Below, piece by piece: positions 8,477-17,600 of a DNA stretch of 64,000 nt. The stretch covers positions 2,048,001 through 2,112,000 of the forward strand of contig CBDCTJ010000007.1 in assembly GCA_965222115.1 (NCBI GenBank), in the 5' to 3' direction. The notes under the pieces are model-generated. The model saw nothing but the letters and a program-made list of their open reading frames with translations, had not been told where the DNA came from and made no database searches. The stretch comes from Planctomycetota bacterium. GTDB lineage: Bacteria > Planctomycetota > PLA2 > JAEUHO01. Position 1 is the first letter of the stretch, and every line of letters starts with the position of its first letter. Position numbers and translations under genes: made by a program.

Positions 8477-9913
8477 ATGCTCTATCACCTATTCGGACTC
8501 CTGGCCGATTCGCTGCCTGGTGCCCGTTTGGGTCAGTACATTGCGTTTCGGGCCGCGTTTGCTGCCATCTTAGCGTTTGGCGTCTCCGCGTGGTGGGGCA
8601 AGGGATTCATTGAAACGTTGCGCGAGCGAAAGATCGCGGGCTATGAATCCACGGGCAGCGCGAGTGTGGACGCCAGCCGGCAGCTCAAGGCGAATGTGCC
8701 CACGATGGGTGGTGTGATTCTGCTCATTGGCGTGGGTATATCCGCCTTGCTCTTTGCGCGTTTGGATCTTGCCTTTGTGTGGATACTGCTGCTTTCGTTT
8801 CTAGCTTTCGGTGCGCTGGGTGCTGTAGACGATTGGAAGAAGCTCACCGGAAAGGGCGGACGCGGGTTGCGTGAGCGCCACAAGATGGGCGCGCAATTGG
8901 CCATTGCACTAATTGCACTGTCTTCGATTTATGCGCTCGGCAATATGGAAGACGGCACGTCCTGGCTGCGTGGGCCGAGCATGAAGGAGAATCCCTATCA
9001 GCCCAAGTGGGTAAAGCGCCATGAGGTGGACCCCGGCGAGTCATGGAACTCGATGGCGGCTAAGTACTTAGGCGATGAGCGACGGGCCGCAGAGCTTGCC
9101 GAGCTTAACGGCCTTCCCCGTGAACGGCTCACGCCGGAGATCCTTGCTGCGCCGTGCGACACAAGTACGGGTCCAGCGCTTACGTCACCCACACTGCTTC
9201 CGCCTCTTGGGCGCGAAATCCGTATGAAGGCCGCATGGCCCAATCCGCGCGACCATCACCGCGCCGATGTGCAGATTCCGTTTGCAAAGAAGTTCTGCTT
9301 TGACTTGGGAATACTGTTTATTCCATTGGGCATACTCGTGATTGTCGGCGCGAGCAATGCGGTGAACCTCACGGATGGCCTCGATGGCCTCGCGATTGGA
9401 TCCACACTCACCACTGCCGGATGCTTCGCGGTGATTGCCTACCTTGTGGGGCGCGTTGACTTTTCGCAGTCGCTCTATCTGTTCTACATTCCAGAAGCAG
9501 GTGAACTTTCGATCCTCTGTGCAGCGCTCGTGGGGGGGGCGCTGGGTTTCCTGTGGTTCAACGGATTTCCCGCTGAAGTCTTCATGGGCGACACGGGGTC
9601 ACTGAGCATTGGCGGGTTCTTTGGTGTGTTGGCTGTCATGTTGCGCCATGAGTTTACGCTGTTGATTGCGGGTGGGTTGTTTGTTGCCGAAGCGCTTTCG
9701 GTCATCATCCAGCGCGGCTACTTCAAACGCACCAAACGAGCCGCCATACGACGCGGTGACCCAAATCCCACCGGCAAACGTGTATTTTTGTGTGCACCGA
9801 TTCACCACCACTTCCAAGAACTGAAGTGGCACGAAAATAAGGTCACCATTCGCTTTTGGATCATCTCATTCATCTGTGCGATCGCTGCGCTGGCATCGCT
9901 GAAGGTGCGGTAG
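8477..9913 (+). CDS. mraY: Phospho-MurNAc-pentapeptide transferase MraY with an inserted LysM-like domain
   Basis: PTMGG, AVDDWKK, NAVNLTDGLDGL, FMGDTGS, APIHHHF. ATG 8477 follows GAGGGAG. About 100 extra aa lie at roughly 8950-9265. Confidence 0.95.
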   Translation: MLYHLFGLLADSLPGARLGQYIAFRAAFAAILAFGVSAWWGKGFIETLRERKIAGYESTGSASVDASRQLKANVPTMGGVILLIGVGISALLFARLDLAFVWILLLSFLAFGALGAVDDWKKLTGKGGRGLRERHKMGAQLAIALIALSSIYALGNMEDGTSWLRGPSMKENPYQPKWVKRHEVDPGESWNSMAAKYLGDERRAAELAELNGLPRERLTPEILAAPCDTSTGPALTSPTLLPPLGREIRMKAAWPNPRDHHRADVQIPFAKKFCFDLGILFIPLGILVIVGASNAVNLTDGLDGLAIGSTLTTAGCFAVIAYLVGRVDFSQSLYLFYIPEAGELSILCAALVGGALGFLWFNGFPAEVFMGDTGSLSIGGFFGVLAVMLRHEFTLLIAGGLFVAEALSVIIQRGYFKRTKRAAIRRGDPNPTGKRVFLCAPIHHHFQELKWHENKVTIRFWIISFICAIAALASLKVR

Positions 9914-9916
9914 TCA

Positions 9917-11083
9917 ATGGCGGGATCTACCAAAGCCTCACGGCCACTTTCTCCTGCGGCACTCGACCGCAATGCCAACGCTGCGTATGCCGGTCACGCG
10001 GTCTTGACCATTGCTGTGGGACTCGTGAGCCTCGGCCTGTTGATGGTCTATTCAACGAGTTCTGTCAAGAGCGCCTTCTCCGATAGTCACACACAGGTCT
10101 ATACGCTCTCTCGGCAACTTCAGTGGGTCTTCATCGCTATCGTCGCAGGCGGCATCGCGGCGTGGGCGCCAACTTCGCTCCTGCGCGCTATCGCGAAACC
10201 CGCCATGTTGATTTCGCTCGCTCTCTTGGCCGCAACGCTTCTGTTTGCGCCCGAACGCAACAAAGCCAAGCGATGGCTCTACATCGCGGGAATCAGCGTG
10301 CAGGCTAGTGAGTTCTTCAAGATCGCCGTGCTGTTATTCCTCGCCGATCGCTTGTCGCGCCGAGAACGCGCGCAGTCCTTTGGCGATTCCATGCCCTTTG
10401 CGCCGGTGCTCCTACCGTTGGGCGTGGGGGTGGTATTGGTCCTCCTCGCGCCCGATCTCGGTATGAGCTTGTTCTTGGTTGCTGAAATCGTGGTCTTGTT
10501 GGGGCTTGGCGGCGTGCGCCCCACACGCTTTGTCCCATTGCTGCTCACGTCGCTGCCGCTGATCGTGTTCTATGCCTACACGCGCTTCGGCCACGTGCGC
10601 AAACGTATCGAGCTTTTCTCCAACAACGAAGGCAACAGCCAAGTCCGCGAAGCGCTCATCGCCATGGGTAGCGGTGGGCTCATGGGCGTAGGGCTTGGCG
10701 AGGGCAAACAGAAGCTCGGCTACATCGCCGAGGCCCACACCGACTTCATCTTCGCCGTCATTGGCGAGGAACTCGGTTTCCTCGGCTGCGCCGGCGTCGT
10801 CCTCGCCTTCATGGCCTTCATTTGGTACGGCCGCAAAGTCGCCTGGCACGCCCGCGAAGTCGGCGGCGACGGCTCCCACGGCTTCTACCTCGCCGCCGGC
10901 GCCACCTTCATCGTCTGCTTCCAAGCCCTCATCAACATCGCCGTCGTCACTGCCACCGCTCCAACGAAGGGCGTTTCTCTGCCGTTCATTAGCGTCGGAG
11001 GTAGCAATTTGGTAGTGGCATGTACGTGTGTGGGGCTGATTGTAAATGTGTCGCGGAGGTCGGTGAGGAGGGGGAGGCGGTAG
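9917..11083 (+). CDS. ftsW: SEDS peptidoglycan polymerase FtsW
   Basis: Multi-TM; AKRW, QASEFFK, PDLG, GSGG..G.GLG.G.QK, EAHTDFIFAVIGEELG, PTKGVSLPFISVGGS. Confidence 0.95.
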   Translation: MAGSTKASRPLSPAALDRNANAAYAGHAVLTIAVGLVSLGLLMVYSTSSVKSAFSDSHTQVYTLSRQLQWVFIAIVAGGIAAWAPTSLLRAIAKPAMLISLALLAATLLFAPERNKAKRWLYIAGISVQASEFFKIAVLLFLADRLSRRERAQSFGDSMPFAPVLLPLGVGVVLVLLAPDLGMSLFLVAEIVVLLGLGGVRPTRFVPLLLTSLPLIVFYAYTRFGHVRKRIELFSNNEGNSQVREALIAMGSGGLMGVGLGEGKQKLGYIAEAHTDFIFAVIGEELGFLGCAGVVLAFMAFIWYGRKVAWHAREVGGDGSHGFYLAAGATFIVCFQALINIAVVTATAPTKGVSLPFISVGGSNLVVACTCVGLIVNVSRRSVRRGRR

Positions 11084-11112
11084 ACTTGGGGAACCCCTCG
11101 GTTTGGAAGGTG

Positions 11113-12282
11113 ATGAGCCCGGTGACGATTTCCCCATGGCAGTTAGTCGTCGTTGATGGACCCGACGCGGGCACGAGCTTCGTGTTTGATCGCGAAGCGG
11201 TTGTGTTCGGGCGTGCGGGAACACCCGATCAGGAGCTTCGAACGCCCTCGGATGCACGCATTAGCCGAGAACATGCGGAACTTCGAATCACGGACGATGG
11301 ACTGACATTCTCGTGTCGAGAGGGGCGTGCGCCGTTCGTGGTCGATGGCGAGGAAGTGATGCAGGGGCGCGTGGAATGGGGGCAAGCGTTTGGCGTTGGC
11401 GTGAGCGAGTTGCGCCTTGAACGACGTCATGAGGCACGCGGCGATCGACGCGGCACGTGGCTTCCCCGACGCACACTCGATGAATTTGAGCTCGGCGACG
11501 AGGTTGGCTCTGGCTTGTCGGCGCGCGTCTATGAGGCGGTAGATCGCATGACCAGCAGACCTCTGGCGATCAAGGTGTTTCGACCTGAAATGGCGTTGGT
11601 GGAGCCCATCGTATCGTTATTTTTGAGAGAGTCAGAACTACACGCGGGTCTGCGGCACCCAAACATTGTTCGCACGGTGTGCGTGGGTCGAGATCGCTCA
11701 GAGTTGTTCATTGGCATGGAGTGGATCGATGGATGCAATCTTCGCGAACGCGTGGATGCCATTGGACTCTTGTCGCCGCGCGAAGCTACAGATCTGGCAC
11801 TCGCTATTTTGCCCGCACTGGCCTATACGCATGAGCGTGGCGTCATTCATCGCGATGTAAATCCCAGTAACATCATGCTTGCAGGTGATGAACCTCGACG
11901 TGCAAAGTTAATCGATTTCGGTATGGCTCGATTCCATCAAAATCGAACGAAGGATCAGACGATAACCAACACAGGTGAAGTCCGCGGTACGCTTAGATTT
12001 TCAGCGCCCGAATGCCTCTTAGATGCAAAGCGCGCCGGCCCTGCCGCTGATGTGTTTGGAGTCGGCACGACCCTCTACTATGCGCTTACGGGTAAACCTT
12101 GGTTTGACGATTCGGGTAACAATGAAGATTTTCTTCCAGGGGTGAGTACCGCACGTGTAGTCCCCACACGCGAGCGCGTTCCAGGCGTGCCTAACAAACT
12201 GGCGGACGCAATTGATCGTGCAATACAATTGATGCCGAACGACAGGTGGGACGGGGCCAAGGAAATGTGTGAAGCGCTTTGA
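11113..12282 (+). CDS. FHA domain plus Hanks-type Ser/Thr kinase
   Basis: FHA motifs FGR and ISREHA. Kinase motifs VGSGLSARVY, LAIK, HRDVNPSN, DFG, APE, ADVFGVG. ATG 11113 follows GGAAGG. Confidence 0.9.
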   Translation: MSPVTISPWQLVVVDGPDAGTSFVFDREAVVFGRAGTPDQELRTPSDARISREHAELRITDDGLTFSCREGRAPFVVDGEEVMQGRVEWGQAFGVGVSELRLERRHEARGDRRGTWLPRRTLDEFELGDEVGSGLSARVYEAVDRMTSRPLAIKVFRPEMALVEPIVSLFLRESELHAGLRHPNIVRTVCVGRDRSELFIGMEWIDGCNLRERVDAIGLLSPREATDLALAILPALAYTHERGVIHRDVNPSNIMLAGDEPRRAKLIDFGMARFHQNRTKDQTITNTGEVRGTLRFSAPECLLDAKRAGPAADVFGVGTTLYYALTGKPWFDDSGNNEDFLPGVSTARVVPTRERVPGVPNKLADAIDRAIQLMPNDRWDGAKEMCEAL

Positions 12283-12305
12283 AATGACCTGTGTGAACAC
12301 GCGCG

Positions 12306-13382
12306 TCAGTATAAGAACCTAAAGGCGATCTGCGGAGCGATTGCTTTGGAGGCCGAGTAGTTGGTGTCGTCATTGATTGTGGTCGACTGGGATGAAGACT
12401 GCGCGCTCTGTATGAGTTTGATTCCCGCGAGTTCGAGTGCAGGCGCTACCGATACGGTCCGAATGTTTGCGCCGATTGCGCCAAGTGTTGGAGTCTGCAC
12501 TACGATAAGCTCTGACGCCAAATTCATGATCTTGCTATAGGAGAGGAGCTCGCTGTTGGGCAAATCAAGTATACTGAGGATTGCAGCAGTAAACAGACCA
12601 TGTTTCGGTCCCTCAAACGCGAGTTCATTTTCCGCTGCTGCAGACATTGCAATGAGGTTTGCCTGAATCGGAATGAGTCTCCCGCCTCTTCTAATGGGGC
12701 CTGACGGAATCTTACCTTGCAACAAAAGCGACGCGATTGCGTCGTCCGCGGCCCGCGTTAGCGGCGCCCGTGGGATCGCAGTCCCGCTTTCGTCGATCCC
12801 CGTCATGAGCAGATAGTTCTTAGTCGCATCTATTCCTCCAGGAATTCGAACAGGCGGTCGCTTCGCAATCTGATCGAAGTCGATTGAAATTCCTCGATCC
12901 TGTGGAGCTGCTCCCGTGAGTTGAAGGGGACGCCTCTCATCATCAATAACACCGGCAGCGAAACACGCGTCAGTCACAACAACTACTTCACAATCTTTGG
13001 GGATCGAAACAAGTTTGTTGTGTATAACGTCGTCGAGCAGGACGCCATCGTGGAGACACCAGGCTTCGTCCCAGCCATCTCTGTCTGTGGCCACACCACG
13101 AAGGCTCAGTCCGTGACCCGCGAACGTAATCATCAACAAGTCACCTGGAATTAGCCGCTCGATTGTCGCGTCAATGACATTCTCTACGTTTTCTAGAGTC
13201 GCGTCGTCGCCAAGTACAACCCGAGCTGAGCATCCGACATCATTCGCCCAGTCGCGCATTGCCCGCGCGTCGTTCTCCGCTGATGAGAGTGAAGGCAGAT
13301 AACCCAAGAACACATCGTTAGACACCTCGTTTATACCGATGTGAATCGACCGGCCTTCGTTCCAGGACTGTCTGCGGCTCAT
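12306..13382 (-). CDS. Caspase-family (peptidase C14, metacaspase-like) protease
   Basis: IHIGIN, L..AENDARAM, AT..N, TFAGHG (catalytic His), DGWDEAWCLHD, VTDAC (catalytic Cys), HGLFTAAIL, QTP. Confidence 0.9.
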   Translation of the reverse strand: MSRRQSWNEGRSIHIGINEVSNDVFLGYLPSLSSAENDARAMRDWANDVGCSARVVLGDDATLENVENVIDATIERLIPGDLLMITFAGHGLSLRGVATDRDGWDEAWCLHDGVLLDDVIHNKLVSIPKDCEVVVVTDACFAAGVIDDERRPLQLTGAAPQDRGISIDFDQIAKRPPVRIPGGIDATKNYLLMTGIDESGTAIPRAPLTRAADDAIASLLLQGKIPSGPIRRGGRLIPIQANLIAMSAAAENELAFEGPKHGLFTAAILSILDLPNSELLSYSKIMNLASELIVVQTPTLGAIGANIRTVSVAPALELAGIKLIQSAQSSSQSTTINDDTNYSASKAIAPQIAFRFLY

Positions 13383-13447
13383 CGTTTTTAACTTCAAGAG
13401 CGACAGTTCGGGATGTGGTCAAATTTCGCTAGTCTTGCCTTCATCGA

Positions 13448-13735
13448 CTAGACCTTCACTACAACTAGAGTGTAAGGCCCAGCTTTGCCATTTGATCGAA
13501 TTACCTCTAGAACTGAGTGCGCAGCCACCGTAACGTCGTAGCTGTGCTTCTTAGCATCTCCTCCCACAAATTCATAAATATTTTCTTCGTCAAGAGTCAT
13601 CTGCACGTCCACCTTTCTGTTGCTGTTGAAATACTTTATTCGTACATTTGTATCTTCCCCTAGATCATTTTGCCAAAGCTCGTGTTCATCGTTGTCATCG
13701 GTCTTAACTCTGAGCGTATTTAGTATTTCTGACAT
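13448..13735 (-). CDS. Small hypothetical protein, probably all-beta
   Basis: 95-aa ORF with GAGAGGGA RBS, alternating beta-strand pattern, co-oriented within the module. Confidence 0.7.
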   Translation of the reverse strand: MSEILNTLRVKTDDNDEHELWQNDLGEDTNVRIKYFNSNRKVDVQMTLDEENIYEFVGGDAKKHSYDVTVAAHSVLEVIRSNGKAGPYTLVVVKV

Positions 13736-13751
13736 CTTTGGTGTCCCTCTC

Positions 13752-14582
13752 TTATCGGTCTTTGAAACCGTAGTCGATTAGAATTGGCTCGTCTTTGTCA
13801 GGAGTCGGGCTGTCGCTATGAAGCACGGCGTACTTTCGAAATTCATTGACTGAATAAGGCAAGTCGTGAAGGCCCCAAGTGGCGAATTCCACGTCATCGG
13901 GTCTCCATTGGGTAAACACGAGCCTGGTTCTCACGTATTCAGTGGCAGGAGTAGGAAGCCCCTCGGGCGATGAGCCAGGCGCGGCGTATCCGTTGATTTG
14001 GCCGGGTCGATAATGAAGCCAAATCTCTCGTCCGCCCTCATCCGGTACCCATACCCAAGCTGTTAGCTTCTTATCGTCCGGGCCGAACAGGGGGAGTTGA
14101 TGAACTGCATACGCTTGTCCCTTTTCGAGCTTGTGTCCGTCTCGATTGCCGCCAGGAAATGACGGAGCGGAGGGCCTAGCTACCGTGCACGTCCAGTTGG
14201 CAGAGTTATCATCTACGTTGTGCTTTAGTTTCCATTCCTTCGACGCGTGTGCGCAAAATGCTTCAAGAGTCTCCGCATCTGTAATGGAATGTCCGCTTGG
14301 TATCGAAAACGCATTCGAGTCTGCGACCTTGTCTATGTAAAGAGCTTCACCCGAGGACACATTCGAAAATCGGGATGCCGCGCCGCCCGGATCCTGTGTC
14401 CTATACGCCCATAGTTCGTCCGAAGTTATCGGTCCGTCTGACCAGGCCATTGCTGTATAGAATTGGGGGCGCGGGTCATTTGAGGGGCCTACGCTCAGTT
14501 CGAAGATCCCCTCGTCGATTTGCGGTCCCCGAGCGTCGTCGGATGCGCTACCACGAGCGCGATAGGTAGGGAATTTCCTCAT
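13752..14582 (-). CDS. Hypothetical protein with an apparent internal duplication
   Basis: ATG 14582 with GAGGA RBS (alternative TTG 14612); TAxxW...E(L/I)W..YR occurs twice. Confidence 0.72.
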   Translation of the reverse strand: MRKFPTYRARGSASDDARGPQIDEGIFELSVGPSNDPRPQFYTAMAWSDGPITSDELWAYRTQDPGGAASRFSNVSSGEALYIDKVADSNAFSIPSGHSITDAETLEAFCAHASKEWKLKHNVDDNSANWTCTVARPSAPSFPGGNRDGHKLEKGQAYAVHQLPLFGPDDKKLTAWVWVPDEGGREIWLHYRPGQINGYAAPGSSPEGLPTPATEYVRTRLVFTQWRPDDVEFATWGLHDLPYSVNEFRKYAVLHSDSPTPDKDEPILIDYGFKDR

Positions 14583-14613
14583 ATTCGAGTCCTCATGCTC
14601 CAGATCGTTCAAA

Positions 14614-17600
14614 TCAACGATAGGGCGGCAGCATACTCAAGACCTCTGAGGGAGTCAACACTTCACGGCGCGTGTGTTTGTGTTGAGCCGCATGGGCCCA
14701 CGTGTTTGCCCGCTGTATGATGCCTGGATGCAAATGCTCGTGCTCTTGGGCGACGCACATGAGGGCGGCAGTTTGTGAGGCAATTCCGGGGGGGTGATCT
14801 GACCAGTGTTCAAGAACACGTTTACGTACGAGATTCATGTCTGCAGGAGATCTCCTCTGGCAAACCAGTAAAAGTGCCAAGGCAATATTCTGAAGTGCCA
14901 AACTGCCTGCGGCCCTTCTAAAGCACTCAGCCGCAGTCTGGCAATGATTGCTCGCTCTAGCGTTGCGGCCAGCGCGCCAAAGTATCGCCGCTTCGTTCAG
15001 GAGTATCGCACCGCGGAGTAGGTCGCGGTCCAGCAAGTTGGCGGCGCGAACCAATTCCTTGTCCTCGCAGCTCTCCACATTGCGTCGGTATTTTACCACC
15101 CTGAGTAGCCGTTCGATTCTGGGAATGTTTGCGTGATCTCTACGCTTGCTTGCCAAGACGAACGCTTCGTTCACCAGCGAATCCGCAGTCCCCAGTTCTG
15201 CTGCTTCAGTTGCCGCGATTGCCGCATTGCACAGTGCGGTGACTCTCCCTCGATCCGAAATTGCTCGCCTAGCGGCTCTTCGGTGGAGCCCTACTGCAGA
15301 TTGGTAGCGACCTTCGTGAAAGCGAAGCCAGCCGGTCCAGGCCGCGATCCGATATCTAAGCGCCGGGTTTGGGCCTCTTCGAGCGTATCGTACTGCACTA
15401 GCGATCGTCTCTCGCTGTTGGTCGATCGAATCGCCCCTCCGCGCTGATAGGTTAGAGACTGTGAGGAACAACTCGGTTTGTTTAATCGATTTGTCGCCGG
15501 GGACGTCGTCAAGGGAGTATTGGCGTTCTACCGATTGTTCTTGAAAAGTCGCTCTTGCATGCCGAATGAGATGCTTCCAGAAATTCAGTGAAGATGACGT
15601 GTTCGTGGCTAACTCTAAATGGTACATCGCCACGTCGAGCGATCGAATAGTCGTCAGTCCCAAGGAGGCTTCTACAAGCTCGGGCCAGATCTGCGGTGTT
15701 TGAACGCGAGAGTGTTTTCGCTGTTCACACAGTGCAAGGTTGATCAGGGAGAACGCGGTGCCATATTCGCCAGTTAGAATTCTCCGTTGCGCCGCTACCT
15801 TTGCAGATTGGACTAAGGCGTGTGTATCACCCATCGCCATATATAGGAGAGGTGCTTCAATGGAATCCAGAGGTAGGAGAGTCGCGATCGCCCTGCACCA
15901 CCGATTCTTAGTTTCAGAATCAACTGAGGCCAGATCTGGGCATGGCACTGCAATCCACGCTTTGCGTTCTCGGTCCAAGTCTACCGCCGAAATTCCCTTT
16001 AGTTCGCATATCGCTGAGCGGACGTGCTCCTTGGACATTGAAACGAAAGTCTCAATGTCGCTAGGGTTCAGTCCCGTACCTGCCAAAGTAAGGAACGCCC
16101 ACACGTCCCGTGCGTCAGCACTAAGGTTTTCGACACGCTCTCCAAGTGTCGGTACATAGGCGGGCGGCGACGACACAATGCGTCGTTGCGCACGTGGATC
16201 AACGTACAGCCCATCGTCCCAGGTGGCCAATCCCGCTGCGATCCAACGCTCAATTTCGTGCAGAATCGTCTTGGGGCGGCCTCTGGAGTGCTTCCAAAGC
16301 ACCTCGGAGAGTTCATCCTGTGTAAAGAAGAAGCGGTTGGAGCTCTTAATGAGCGGCCGGATGTCATCTTCGGATAGATAGTGACATTCTTTCGAATTTG
16401 AGCCCTGAGGCGCAACCGTAGACGTCACGAGGCAGGCGAAACCGGAACTCTGTGCAAGCCGTTCTTGCTCGCGTGGGTCCAAGCGATCGAAATCGTCGAC
16501 GAAGAGCGCCGTTGCGGAGTTCAAGGCGCCTATGGCAGAGCCGGGTGCGTGCCACCGAGTTGAAACGCCACTATTCGAGAGCTCATTTGCAGCTTCTTGA
16601 AGCGTTCGGGTTCGTCCTGAACCGGGTCGCCCATAGACATTGATGCTACGTCCCGCAGGCACGGCATCAACAACAGCTTGTATGATGTCTCGCGGGCCCA
16701 GGAAGGGAAGCTCTAGTGTGTGCTCGACACCGAGTGCGCGTTGCAACTCCCGAACGACCGTGTCCATGCTATCTGGACGACGATTGGCGTCGGCACGCAC
16801 CATAGAACCCAGCACATCGCCAATGCCGTCCGGCAGTTCCTTTAGTAGCTTGATACTCTCCAACATCTCGGTGACGGGATCCGTGTCGCCCTGCCCGCGA
16901 CGAAGTCTGCGAATCGCTGTGAGTATCGTCATACCCGCTGCGTAAATGTCGCTGGCTGTGTCGGCGACGGCCCCCGCCATACGTTCAGGAGACATATAGA
17001 GCGGCGTGCCAATAATCACCGCATACTCGCGGTACTTGTCCGGATCGGATTCGTCTTCGGCAATGCCGAGATCCACAATGGTCACTTGTCCATGTTCATC
17101 AACGAGCACATTGCTCGGTTTGAGATCGCGATGCACAACACCCGCAAGGTGGAGTCGGCGCAACGCCTCCATAAATGAAAGCACGCGAGGGAGAAGCGTC
17201 TCTGGATCGTATCGATCGAGGTCGCTCCCAGGAAATCGGGAGCCCTCAACGAGGTTCATGACGAGAAACGCCCAGCCTTCGTGGCGACCATCATCGAGTA
17301 ATTTCACAATTCCGGGAACACGGGCGCGTCGCAGGGTGGCGAGTTCGCGGTCGTAGCGTTTTGACTGACGCTCACTCGTTAGCGCAACGAACTTGACGGC
17401 GACATCCACATCGTCAATCCGATCGTGTGCTTCGTACACCGTACCGAAGGCACCACGGCCCAATTCTTGCTTCAGGGTGTATCGCTTCGCTACAACATCG
17501 CCCGTGGTCGGAAACGAGACGCGGAGTTGCTCCATGTCGCCAGTGCCAGGCGTCTTGAGTAGTGTTTGATCTTCGCTGCCCGCCACGTGTTTAGGGGCAG

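Noticed and set aside
11020-11048. dif-like site at the ftsW skew flip
   Set aside because: tgattgtaaat only loosely resembles a XerD arm, and there is no matching XerC arm.
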